Virus record (IMG/VR): IMGVR_UViG_3300037418_002133
Span: 1-64,000 of that record
Reading direction: 5' to 3' (one strand)
Source: a virus
DNA: 64,000 nucleotides
A program made the position numbers and the translations under genes. Shown one piece after another: positions 46,653 through 55,486 of this stretch; the first letter of the stretch is position 1; the number at the start of each line of letters is the position of its first letter. The notes beneath the pieces were generated by a model, which did not search any database, was not told where the DNA came from, and worked only from the letters and a program-made list of their open reading frames with translations.

Positions 46653-47609
46653 TTATGCCTTTTTCTTGATCGCGCCGGCTTCCAGAGCTGCCTGAATGCG
46701 GGCCATGCCGGTCGGGCCGGTTGCCTTGCGTTCGGCCTCGCGCTGGCGCGCGCTGACGTCGAGCGTCTTGGTGCTGGATCCCGGCATCAGCTTCGAACGC
46801 AGCAACTGATCCTTGTCCGGACTTGCCTCGATGATCTTCTTGATCGCATCCTCGAACGGCATCGGTTCGCCCGAACCATTAACCAGCTTGGTGCGATTGG
46901 CGGCGCCGCGCGGCTTGTCGTAACCGACCGGCTTGCGGTCCTCGACGTCGAAGTATTCGCCGAAGATCTTTCGCGCGTAGGTCGGCGTAAGGATCAGTTC
47001 GTCCTTGATGTAGGACGAATTGCTGAACGAAGCGCCGACGGTCAGATCGTTGATGGCGTTCTGAGCCTGCTCCAGCGCTGTCTTGGTCGTGGTCACCTCG
47101 GTCGCCAGACTTTCGGTTTCCTTCTTATGCTCCTCGACCATCATCGCCTTGAGGCGATCGAACTCGCCGGCCTTGCGCAGGTTCTCTTCCTCCGCGGCCT
47201 TCTTCGCAGCCTCGGCGGCATTCGATGCCGCGACCAGCTCCTTGACCTTCTCGGGATCGAGACCCTCGAACGCCTTCAGCTTTGCAGCCGCCTCTTCGGC
47301 CTTCTTGGTCGCCTCTTCGAGCTTGGCCTTGGTCGCCATCTGCTCCTTGAGCAGCTTGGCTTCGTTGTCGGTCAGGTTGCTCCGGCGCGCCGCATCTTCG
47401 GCCGCGGCCTTGTCAGCGGCTTCCTTCGCAGTCTTGTCAGCCGCTTCCTTTGCAGTGCGATCAGCAGCTTCCTTTGCTGCGGCCGCAGCAGCCGCGGCAG
47501 CGGCGTCACCGTCGGTATTCTCCGGATCCATCAGGAAGCGCGGGCCGAAGGAGCGCTGCATCATCGAAATGTGGCCAGCGTGAACGGGGGTATTGGGTGT
47601 CTTGATCAT
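46653..47609 (-). CDS. Capsid scaffolding protein
   Basis: Ala/Glu/Lys coiled coil between portal and capsid genes. Confidence 0.8.
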   Translation of the reverse strand: MIKTPNTPVHAGHISMMQRSFGPRFLMDPENTDGDAAAAAAAAAAKEAADRTAKEAADKTAKEAADKAAAEDAARRSNLTDNEAKLLKEQMATKAKLEEATKKAEEAAAKLKAFEGLDPEKVKELVAASNAAEAAKKAAEEENLRKAGEFDRLKAMMVEEHKKETESLATEVTTTKTALEQAQNAINDLTVGASFSNSSYIKDELILTPTYARKIFGEYFDVEDRKPVGYDKPRGAANRTKLVNGSGEPMPFEDAIKKIIEASPDKDQLLRSKLMPGSSTKTLDVSARQREAERKATGPTGMARIQAALEAGAIKKKA

Positions 47610-47687
47610 AAGAACCAGTCTCTCGGTCTTGTGTGAATGGAAGCGCAGTCTCTCGGCTTCCGGGGAACGGATCGGAATCGATCCGAA

Positions 47688-49286
47688 TTACTTGGTCTGG
47701 GAAGTAACCTGACCTTGACGATTTGCCGTCTGCGGGTTTTTTGCGCTCGGCTTGTTCATCTTGACGCCCTTAGTGGGGAAGCGCGCCGTCTGCGACGTGC
47801 CGCCCAGCGTCGAGGAAACCATCGCGTCAAGACTCGGAGGCCAGGACTTGAGATCCTGCTCCATCTTGGCGCGAATGTCGGACGCCAGCCGCGGAAACAG
47901 CTTGTCGATCACCTGTTTCATCTGCTCCTGACGAACACTATCCGGAGCACTGACCAGCGCCAGGCGCTCGGCGACGGTGAATTCGTCGAACAGGGAGCGA
48001 ACGTCGAATGTGTCCGGATACTTCACCAGCTCGTTTTCAGGCTCGATCGCGGACTTCGAATTCCACAATAGAACCATGTCGACCAGCTTGTTCTCGACGT
48101 TCTCCAAAGCGTCGGCCTTGGAGGTCAACAGACTGTTCATCCGCTCGAAATCATATGCCTTGGCGACGCCGGAAGAGTTGTCGATGCCCATGGCATTGTC
48201 TTCCTTGGTGCGCTCGCCGGCCATGCCGATGGTGTGGTAAATCTCGCTGATGATCTTGTTGATCACGGTGAGAATAACGTTCGCCTGCTTTGGATCGGGC
48301 GACAGGAAGAACGGCTTTGCATTGCCTTCGCCATCGTAGACGAAGGCGCGCTTGGTGCTCATTTCGAGCAACTGATCGTATTCCGCCGTTCCCGGTGTGA
48401 TCGCTTGTGCCGGCATCGCCAGTTGCGAAAATGTCTGATCCTGAATGATCGCGTCGAGGTTCGACAGATAGTTGGCGACGGCGCGGTCGAGATAGGCGAT
48501 ATCGTTGATCAGCGCCGGCGAACTGTATCGATTGTCGTTGACGACATGCGGTGTCTTGAAGCCCGGCACGACCCCGAGATTGTGCTCGATGGTGCCGAGG
48601 TCGACCACCTGCGGCACGCGCAGTTTACCGCCGCGCGGTCCCTCGTATTGGATTTTGAAGGTGCGGCTGTAGGTCTGGGTCCACAGCACGTAATGCGGCT
48701 CGATCTCGCCAGTCGACTTGATTGGATCCTTGTCGTCACGGATCCAGGTGCGAACCAGCACCCAGAGCAGTTCGCCCTCGTCGGAATATCCCATGTCGAG
48801 AACGTCTTGCGGCTTGACGATATAGGCGTAAACCCGTGCCTTGGCTTTCTTCTGGTCGGCAACCGAGAGAATTTCACCGGTGCGATTGGTATCGGTGAAC
48901 ACCCACGGGCAACCCAGAATCGATGCCGAGGTCGAGACCAGCTTCATGAACTGGCTGATGTCAAGGCCCGACAAGGTCGACTGATGCCAGAAATCCTTCA
49001 CCACCTGCTCGGCGTCTTCGCCGCGTGCGATGGTCGACTTGAAGATGTATTTCTGCACCAGATCGGTGCATTCGCGCGTGTGATTGAAGCGATAGCAGCG
49101 CTCCACGCGCTCCTTGAATTCCTTTTTGCCTTCCTTGAGATAGCGGAAGATATTGCCGTCGGTGAACCACTCGCGCCCACCCCGGTAGGTCGATTCCAGG
49201 AAATTCCATTGCGGCAGCATTTCCTCGTATTCGGGATGCCGTCGCTCCAGAAATTCCAGCAACTCTTTGTTTTCGTCGGGGGTCAT
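47688..49286 (-). CDS. Portal protein
   Basis: ATG at 49286; follows terminase; SGVAKAYDF motif. Confidence 0.85.
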   Translation of the reverse strand: MTPDENKELLEFLERRHPEYEEMLPQWNFLESTYRGGREWFTDGNIFRYLKEGKKEFKERVERCYRFNHTRECTDLVQKYIFKSTIARGEDAEQVVKDFWHQSTLSGLDISQFMKLVSTSASILGCPWVFTDTNRTGEILSVADQKKAKARVYAYIVKPQDVLDMGYSDEGELLWVLVRTWIRDDKDPIKSTGEIEPHYVLWTQTYSRTFKIQYEGPRGGKLRVPQVVDLGTIEHNLGVVPGFKTPHVVNDNRYSSPALINDIAYLDRAVANYLSNLDAIIQDQTFSQLAMPAQAITPGTAEYDQLLEMSTKRAFVYDGEGNAKPFFLSPDPKQANVILTVINKIISEIYHTIGMAGERTKEDNAMGIDNSSGVAKAYDFERMNSLLTSKADALENVENKLVDMVLLWNSKSAIEPENELVKYPDTFDVRSLFDEFTVAERLALVSAPDSVRQEQMKQVIDKLFPRLASDIRAKMEQDLKSWPPSLDAMVSSTLGGTSQTARFPTKGVKMNKPSAKNPQTANRQGQVTSQTK

Positions 49287-49347
49287 GTGCTCAAAGGGTG
49301 AGAGACAATGGAGATAAATATAAGTCAGTTCTGACTTAATCTCAAGG

Positions 49348-50619
49348 TTAAATGGACAAGCCCAGGATTTTGACCTTGCGGACCGGGAAATTGTACTCGA
49401 TGCAGTAGCCGACGGCGTCCGCCGGATGCTCGAAGCCCTGGCTCTTGTCGACCTGGTCTGTGCCTGGCTTGTAAATCGTCTGTTCAAACGCCGCGATGGT
49501 GTGCTTGCAGTTCTGGTCGACCTTCAGCCGCACAGTGCCGTCACCGTCCTTAAACATGCGATTAACGGCGTTGACGCGATCGGCGACGCGCGGGTGTTTA
49601 CGGTGATGCAGGATTCGCTCAAAACCCGCCTCACGCAGAATGTCGAGGTCCGACTTGCCGCGACCTTTGGTCGTGCCGGCGGCGCCAGCCGGGTCCGGGA
49701 AGATTGTCGAGGTCTTCATCCAGCGGAAATAGCGCCGGGCCAGCTCGTCGGATGCCTCCTGGGTGTTCGACGACGCCAGCACCGCCTCGTCGACGATCCA
49801 CACCTCGCCGTTCTTCTGCGGCTGCATGATGACGCAGGACATCGGGTCGATGTTGAAGTCCATGCCGATCCAGATCGGCAACTTCGGATTGAACTTGTAT
49901 TTGCCGACGTGAATCTGGCGATCGAAGGCGTAATAGACCCGCCCCGACATGGTCTCGAAGCTCGCCTCGAACTCCTGGCGGAACGACTTTTCGTCCATGT
50001 CGTGCCGCGCGGCCGCAATTTCCGATCGCGGAATGAACGGCGAGGTAATGGTCGGAAACTGCCAGCTTTTCCAGTCGTTTAGCTTCGCCCTGCCCTTCTT
50101 TGTGCGATAGACCTCGCCGCGCTGGCCCATGACGTAAACGTCGTGCAGCCAGTTGAACGCCTTTGGCGTGCCGATGATAATGGTCTCACCGGATTTATCC
50201 GCCAGCGCCGGGCGCAGAATCTTGAAATAGGTGTCGCGATCGATGTCCTGAGCCTCGTCGATGATCAGAAGGTTGAGGCCCATACCGCGCAGGCTGTCCG
50301 GATTGTCGGCGCCTTTCAGTTCGATCCTGGTGCCGTTGTGCAGCCGGATCTCCATGCGGGTCTGATTGTAGGATTCGACCCACGCGCGCGGGATCGCCTC
50401 CTTCAGATCGTCCCAGAGAATGCCGCGCGCCATCGCGTAGGTCGGCGCCACGTACCAGATGATCTGCTTCGGGATGCAGGCGCGCTTGCAGATGATCAGC
50501 TTGCTCAGGGCGGTCTTGCCCCAGCGTCGGCCGGCAACGACAACGCGGTTGCGGTGCGTGTCGGAGAAGACCGTGCGCTGGCCTTTGTGCATCTTGAGAA
50601 GGACGGCGGGGGCGCTCAT
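49348..50619 (-). CDS. terL: Terminase large subunit
   Basis: AGRRWGKT, YVAPT, LRG..IIDEAQ, GTPK, GMDFN. Confidence 0.95.
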   Translation of the reverse strand: MSAPAVLLKMHKGQRTVFSDTHRNRVVVAGRRWGKTALSKLIICKRACIPKQIIWYVAPTYAMARGILWDDLKEAIPRAWVESYNQTRMEIRLHNGTRIELKGADNPDSLRGMGLNLLIIDEAQDIDRDTYFKILRPALADKSGETIIIGTPKAFNWLHDVYVMGQRGEVYRTKKGRAKLNDWKSWQFPTITSPFIPRSEIAAARHDMDEKSFRQEFEASFETMSGRVYYAFDRQIHVGKYKFNPKLPIWIGMDFNIDPMSCVIMQPQKNGEVWIVDEAVLASSNTQEASDELARRYFRWMKTSTIFPDPAGAAGTTKGRGKSDLDILREAGFERILHHRKHPRVADRVNAVNRMFKDGDGTVRLKVDQNCKHTIAAFEQTIYKPGTDQVDKSQGFEHPADAVGYCIEYNFPVRKVKILGLSI

Positions 50620-51311
50620 GACGTTGGCGTATCCAACTCCATGTCGCCAAAGTCCTCGGCATCATCGCCATCATCGTCGTCGCTCTCGCGCGACGCCATT
50701 TCGTCAAGTTCGTCCTGATTGAGATCCTGGAATTGCAGGCGCGGCAGCGCCTTTTCGTCGACGTCCTTCTCGATGTCGAGCAGACGCCAGCGATTGTTCG
50801 TCATGATTTCGATCAGTTTTTCGATGCGTTGCAGTGCCTTGATGTCTGCGTCGGCGTTCGCCGGAGTTATGGCGCCGTCGGCGATCGCCTTCTGAATCTT
50901 CATCAGCGACGCCTGGTTGTTTCGCGAATGCAGGTACAGCGTCTCACGGCTCTGTTCGATCCGGCCGCGGCGCTTGCTCTCAAAAGTGGTGACCGTCACC
51001 GCGCCGTCTTCGACCTTGGTTGCGACAGCCGCAGCCATTTTCGCCGCGAGCAGGTGTCGCTTCGAGCCCTTCTTGATCAGCCGTCCCTTCATCGCGGCTC
51101 GCCGGATATGCTTGGACAGCGCCGGCATAGTGATCTTGTATTTCTCCAGGATCTCGCCGGTCTTCAGCGTTCCGTATTCGTAATGATCCTCGATCTCGCG
51201 CCACTCTTCCGCGGTCAGCCGTCGGCGCGCAGCACCTTCATCGGTCGCCGCAGCGTCCAATTCCGATGTCACGTCGGTCGTTTCGTCCGTGATGTCTGCT
51301 TCATCCATCAT
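50616..51311 (-). CDS. Terminase small subunit (putative)
   Basis: N-terminal HTH-like region, coupled to terL. Confidence 0.75.
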   Translation of the reverse strand: MMDEADITDETTDVTSELDAAATDEGAARRRLTAEEWREIEDHYEYGTLKTGEILEKYKITMPALSKHIRRAAMKGRLIKKGSKRHLLAAKMAAAVATKVEDGAVTVTTFESKRRGRIEQSRETLYLHSRNNQASLMKIQKAIADGAITPANADADIKALQRIEKLIEIMTNNRWRLLDIEKDVDEKALPRLQFQDLNQDELDEMASRESDDDDGDDAEDFGDMELDTPTS

Positions 51312-51412
51312 GTAAGTCAGTTCTGACTTGTAATTGAGCCGAGTCCCATGCGTTTTCGAGCCGTCTCTTCACTATAGGTATAGATATATATCTCTACTAA
51401 GAATCTAGATTA

Positions 51413-51712
51413 TTAGTGGAGAGCTTCGCCATCTTCCGGAACTGGATCCGGCGTTGCCATGAAGACGGTAAATCCTTTTGTCGTTGGCGCGATCGTGGCG
51501 CTCCGGTTGCCGTGCCTGGTCGTGGCGATCATGCCGTGTCGCTCCAGCGCGCGCAGCGAACAGGTGATCGCCTGTTTACTGACCGGGCCGTATGACACGC
51601 CGGCACAAAGATCGTTGGTGGTGATCTCTACGCCGGTTGACGTTGCCTCGCAGATCAGCCGCATGATCTCGCGTTGTTTCCGGGAATTGGCAAATTCGTT
51701 TCGCGCCGGCAT
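51413..51712 (-). CDS. Winged-helix DNA-binding protein
   Basis: SKQAITCSLRALERHGMI...PTTKG. Confidence 0.75.
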   Translation of the reverse strand: MPARNEFANSRKQREIMRLICEATSTGVEITTNDLCAGVSYGPVSKQAITCSLRALERHGMIATTRHGNRSATIAPTTKGFTVFMATPDPVPEDGEALH

Positions 51713-52620
51713 TACTCGCCTCGGAACGGCGCGTTAGGCGCCTGTCGGTCGAATGCGGTAAGGGGAAGACGCTGGGGAATGGTGCCGTGACGATCCGGAT
51801 TGGTCCAGATGCCGTACATTGGCGAAGCCAGCACAATCTGCTGGAGCCCCTTAATGATAGTCCTTTCGGACATGGCGTCAACCCTGCCCTGTCCGCGGTC
51901 GCGATTGTTGCCAGTCTTCTCAAGCGCGGAATGGCGATAGTAGAAGTCCTTGCAGAGCTGCAACAAACGCTCGCGCTCGGCCGGCGGTTTGGCTTGCAGC
52001 TCGGCCAGGATTGCCTCGAAATCCTGCGGACTGCTCTCGAAATGGGTCCGGAAGAACTTCAGCCCGATCTCGTATTTGTTGGCGTTCAACGGGCGCACGA
52101 AGCGAAAGCCCGCCTTCTGGCCGAACAGATTGAACTTCGACATCGAGGACTGGATCTCCATGAAGGTGTTGCCCTCCATGCGCGAGACCAGGTTCATCAT
52201 CCGGTAGCCGCAGCCGATGCCGCGATACATGGTGTCCACGACGAACCGCGAGACCACACGGAAGTTCTTGTTGATGAACTTGTACCGATAGGTGTTGGTG
52301 ATCTTGGTGTCGCCGGCGCCAGGCTTGAGATTCTTGAACACCAGATGCCGCTCCTTGAGCAGCCCCTTCGGGTTGCCGGTGACCAGCACGCCAATGGTCT
52401 CGCCGAACAGCGTCAGTTTCCAGAAATGCGGCCCGATCGGCAGGTTTTCCGCCTTGTAGTGAAGATCGTGCAGCAGATTCCAGTCAGAAATGTCTCCCTT
52501 CTCGACAAACATGCTCTCAAGCAGCGGGAAACAGGGCGCCGGTGCGTCCACACGCTCTATCAGCGTATCATATGCGTCAGCACTCTCGGACGCACCGGTG
52601 AGCTTCTCTGCGAACGGCAT
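51712..52620 (-). CDS. GNAT-fold (Mom-like) acyltransferase
   Basis: LHY motif, SRFVVDTMYRGIGCG acyl-CoA binding motif, M.KFNLF..KAGF; ATG at 52620. Confidence 0.8.
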   Translation of the reverse strand: MPFAEKLTGASESADAYDTLIERVDAPAPCFPLLESMFVEKGDISDWNLLHDLHYKAENLPIGPHFWKLTLFGETIGVLVTGNPKGLLKERHLVFKNLKPGAGDTKITNTYRYKFINKNFRVVSRFVVDTMYRGIGCGYRMMNLVSRMEGNTFMEIQSSMSKFNLFGQKAGFRFVRPLNANKYEIGLKFFRTHFESSPQDFEAILAELQAKPPAERERLLQLCKDFYYRHSALEKTGNNRDRGQGRVDAMSERTIIKGLQQIVLASPMYGIWTNPDRHGTIPQRLPLTAFDRQAPNAPFRGE

Positions 52621-52622
52621 GG

Positions 52623-52928
52623 TCAGTCGACGATCTGCCAATCCTCGGCGAGAAGATCGGTCTGCGACGCGACCCACGGCACAACATCGCCTTGAGCGGT
52701 CTTCATGTCGATGTGACCGTGATACTGGATCTCGGTGCCTTCCGGGTAGATCCCCAGAAGCGGCGGGCGATTCACCTTGAAGGTCGAGCCACGCACCAGA
52801 AACAGGAACATGCCCTTGCCGTTCCAGCCGGCACGGGCGACGCGCGCTCCATCCTTGATCGCAACGAGGGCGCTGGAAAACGAAAAGCCACCCTGTCTGG
52901 TTCGCTGCGTCAAAACTTCTTCGGTCAT
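52623..52928 (-). CDS. DUF2829 / Tad2-family protein
   Basis: FSSAL.AIK.G.RVARAGWNGKGMF...PWVASQTDLLAEDW. Confidence 0.85.
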   Translation of the reverse strand: MTEEVLTQRTRQGGFSFSSALVAIKDGARVARAGWNGKGMFLFLVRGSTFKVNRPPLLGIYPEGTEIQYHGHIDMKTAQGDVVPWVASQTDLLAEDWQIVD

Positions 52929-53560
52929 TCTGTCTTCTCCAGTTCAACTTTCTCGCGGAAACGCTTTGTCACCTTCAATGAGGCGCCGATCTCATCCGCC
53001 AGATCGGTGTGGGTGGTCGCGACGATCAGGGTCTTGCCGAGACGCCGGGCGGTCTTCTGCATCGAATAGGCGACACACTTCGCGGTGACGCGGTCGAGCA
53101 CGGCGCCGAACTCGTCGGCAACCCAGACGTCGGCGCCCTTGTCCATCAGCATTGCCAGCTTCAGCCGGTAGCGCTGTCCGTCGGAGAGTTCATTCGGCTT
53201 GCGGATATAGATCCAGGCGTCGGAAATGCCGGCCTTCGCCAACAGATCGGCCGCTTCGGTCGTGGTGTCACCAACGCACTCGATCACCGGCTTGTCCGGC
53301 GCCTCTAGCGCGTTCAGATCGGCAACCTTGAGACCCTTCTCGATCATCTGGTCGCGCAATTCGCGCAGCAGCAGCGACTTGCCAGACCCGGATTGACCGG
53401 TGATGTAGACCACGTCGCCCTGCCTGACCTCGACTTCGAGATCGTCGTAGATCACGAAACGCTTGTCCGAGAGACCAAGTCCAAAGGCTTCGGCAACTTC
53501 CAGTACGCGCGGCGTGCGGTCGACCGACGAGCTGAAGGACTTGTTGACGAGGTATTTCAT
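52925..53560 (-). CDS. Soluble ABC-type ATPase
   Basis: GQSGSGKS, LSDGQ signature, VADEF, TTH; no permease nearby. Confidence 0.88.
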   Translation of the reverse strand: MKYLVNKSFSSSVDRTPRVLEVAEAFGLGLSDKRFVIYDDLEVEVRQGDVVYITGQSGSGKSLLLRELRDQMIEKGLKVADLNALEAPDKPVIECVGDTTTEAADLLAKAGISDAWIYIRKPNELSDGQRYRLKLAMLMDKGADVWVADEFGAVLDRVTAKCVAYSMQKTARRLGKTLIVATTHTDLADEIGASLKVTKRFREKVELEKTE

Positions 53561-53922
53561 GCGCCGGGATCCTCGGGATCGTCATCGACGCTTTCTTCTT
53601 CCTCAATCTCGGCCAGGCGATCGCGATAACCGTCGATTTCTTCGCGAATTTTCATCTTCACCGAGTCGACCGCAAGATTGACCATCGCCAGTTGCTCGAT
53701 GGAGGTATCCATGCGGCTGACCAGCGCGCAGATCGGATTGTTCTGGTGAAGACCGGCAATAACCAGATGCGTCAGATCACCGGTCTTGATGCGCTCAAGG
53801 ATGTCCTCGCACAGCGCCAGTGATGTCTTGTCGACTTTCGGCTTACTTGCTTCGGTCGGATCGGGCGCGACAAACGCCTTGCGGGTAAAGGCGTTGATGA
53901 CCTTTGGGCTGTCGTCGCTCAT
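53557..53922 (-). CDS. Hypothetical protein
   Basis: Coupled ORF with acidic tail. Confidence 0.6.
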   Translation of the reverse strand: MSDDSPKVINAFTRKAFVAPDPTEASKPKVDKTSLALCEDILERIKTGDLTHLVIAGLHQNNPICALVSRMDTSIEQLAMVNLAVDSVKMKIREEIDGYRDRLAEIEEEESVDDDPEDPGA

Positions 53923-54581
53923 GCTGCCTGCTCCAATACGAACAGCAGCGCGTCAACGCCGGTCTTGTCGACCTTTCCCTCGATAATGGTGAGCAATTCC
54001 CGGATCTTGCGGCTCTGCTCGACGGTAACGCGCTTGAAACCAAGCGCGTCGGAGACTGGCGCCGCGGAGTGATCGACTTCGGCTTCCTTCGCCGAATTCT
54101 CCTCTTTCTGCTTTTCAACCGCCGTGGTGATGTTATCGACGAACATGCCATCGTCGATATCGGCGAAATCCGAGGTCATTCGGGTGATCTCGCTCTCGTC
54201 GAAGCCGATCGTGTCCATGTCGAAGCCGTCCTCGGCCAGTTCGGTGAGGGCCTGCTGAAGCAATTCGGTGTCGTATTCGGTCGAGGCGACCTGATTGTCC
54301 GAGAGCCGCAAGGCGTCCGCCTCGGCTTCGGTGAGATCGTCGCGCACCACGACGGGAATCTGGGTCCAGCCCAGCGACAATGCGGCGAGCCGGCGCCCAT
54401 GACCGGTAATGATGGTGCCGTCGGGGCGAATGTTCAGAGGGTTGGCGACGCCGAATTTCTGGATCGACTTGGCGAGCTTGGCGACGTGAGCGTCCGGGTG
54501 CTTCTTGGCGTTCTTCGGATGCACGACCAACTTGTCGATCGGCCACAACACAACAGGTCGTTTGGAATCAATTGTCGTCAT
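53919..54581 (-). CDS. ParB/Srx N-terminal domain protein
   Basis: NAKKH..LAKSI..FG..IITGHGRRLAA, RLSDN. Confidence 0.88.
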   Translation of the reverse strand: MTTIDSKRPVVLWPIDKLVVHPKNAKKHPDAHVAKLAKSIQKFGVANPLNIRPDGTIITGHGRRLAALSLGWTQIPVVVRDDLTEAEADALRLSDNQVASTEYDTELLQQALTELAEDGFDMDTIGFDESEITRMTSDFADIDDGMFVDNITTAVEKQKEENSAKEAEVDHSAAPVSDALGFKRVTVEQSRKIRELLTIIEGKVDKTGVDALLFVLEQAA

Positions 54582-54753
54582 CGTCGTTCATTCCTGAATA
54601 AATCGCCATCAATTCGTCGTCGTTGAGTTCGCGATCCTTGAATTTCTGCTCGAAAAACTCGCCAGCGCCGCAGTTTAGGCATCGCCGGGTAATTCGCGTT
54701 TCGCTGAAAAACTTGCAGTCCCGGCATTCCGGATGGCGAGGCTTGACGTACAT
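54568..54753 (-). CDS. Small Zn-finger protein
   Basis: CRDC...CLNC. Confidence 0.6.
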   Translation of the reverse strand: MYVKPRHPECRDCKFFSETRITRRCLNCGAGEFFEQKFKDRELNDDELMAIYSGMNDDDDN

Positions 54754-55404
54754 TCAGTCCTCAACGGCTCCGAAAAGCTGATGCACGAGGGCATCGCCGG
54801 CGTTCGTGAGGTCATCCGATGCGTTGAAATTCTGGCGCTTTCGGATCTTGCTGATCAGTTCGGTGATCTTCTCGGCATCGCCGAGTGTCACCTTGAAGCG
54901 CATGATGGTGTGGGTCTTCGGTGCGCGCTCGGGTTTGGGTTCGTCCGGCGCGGGCGCCTCGTCATATCCCGTCAGATCGTCGAGTTCATCGAGCGCTATA
55001 CTAACGGAATTGAAGATATTGTTGATATCGGTCTCAGTGAACGGCAGGAATTCCTTAACATTCGCGCCCTCTTCCATACTCTCCAGCATTTCAGCGAGGC
55101 GAATGGTGTCGTCGGCGCCGTAACGGGCGTTATCAGCGAGCGAAATCTTCTTCGCCTTGTCGTCGTTGATGTCGCCGAGATTGAAGATTGGAACCTGTTT
55201 CAGTCCCGCCGCCTTCGCGGCTTGCCAGCGATGTTCGCCGCCGATGATCTCGTAGGGATGATCCTCATCGTTAGTTTCGCGCACCACGATCGGCTTGAAC
55301 AAGCCAAGCCGGCGGATCGATTCCGCCAGTTTCTCCTCGTTTTCCGGAGAGACGATGTTGATGTTGAAGCTGTTCGGCCGAAGCAGGTCGATATCGACCA
55401 TCAT
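54754..55404 (-). CDS. ParB/Srx domain protein (start approximate)
   Basis: PN.FN.N, PIVVR, IIGGEHRWQAA. Confidence 0.85.
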   Translation of the reverse strand: MMVDIDLLRPNSFNINIVSPENEEKLAESIRRLGLFKPIVVRETNDEDHPYEIIGGEHRWQAAKAAGLKQVPIFNLGDINDDKAKKISLADNARYGADDTIRLAEMLESMEEGANVKEFLPFTETDINNIFNSVSIALDELDDLTGYDEAPAPDEPKPERAPKTHTIMRFKVTLGDAEKITELISKIRKRQNFNASDDLTNAGDALVHQLFGAVED

Positions 55405-55486
55405 TTGAACTGGCACCGAAGCGAAAACCTTATATAAGTCAGAACTGACTTTTACATAACCACGAAGATTGGTCCTTTGCAAGCCC

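Noticed and set aside
52925-53560. ABC transporter
   Set aside because: No permease or binding protein nearby
53919-55404. ParB proteins as the partition system
   Set aside because: Not adjacent to parA, which has its own small partner; context is the GNAT/ABC operon. Not fully excluded
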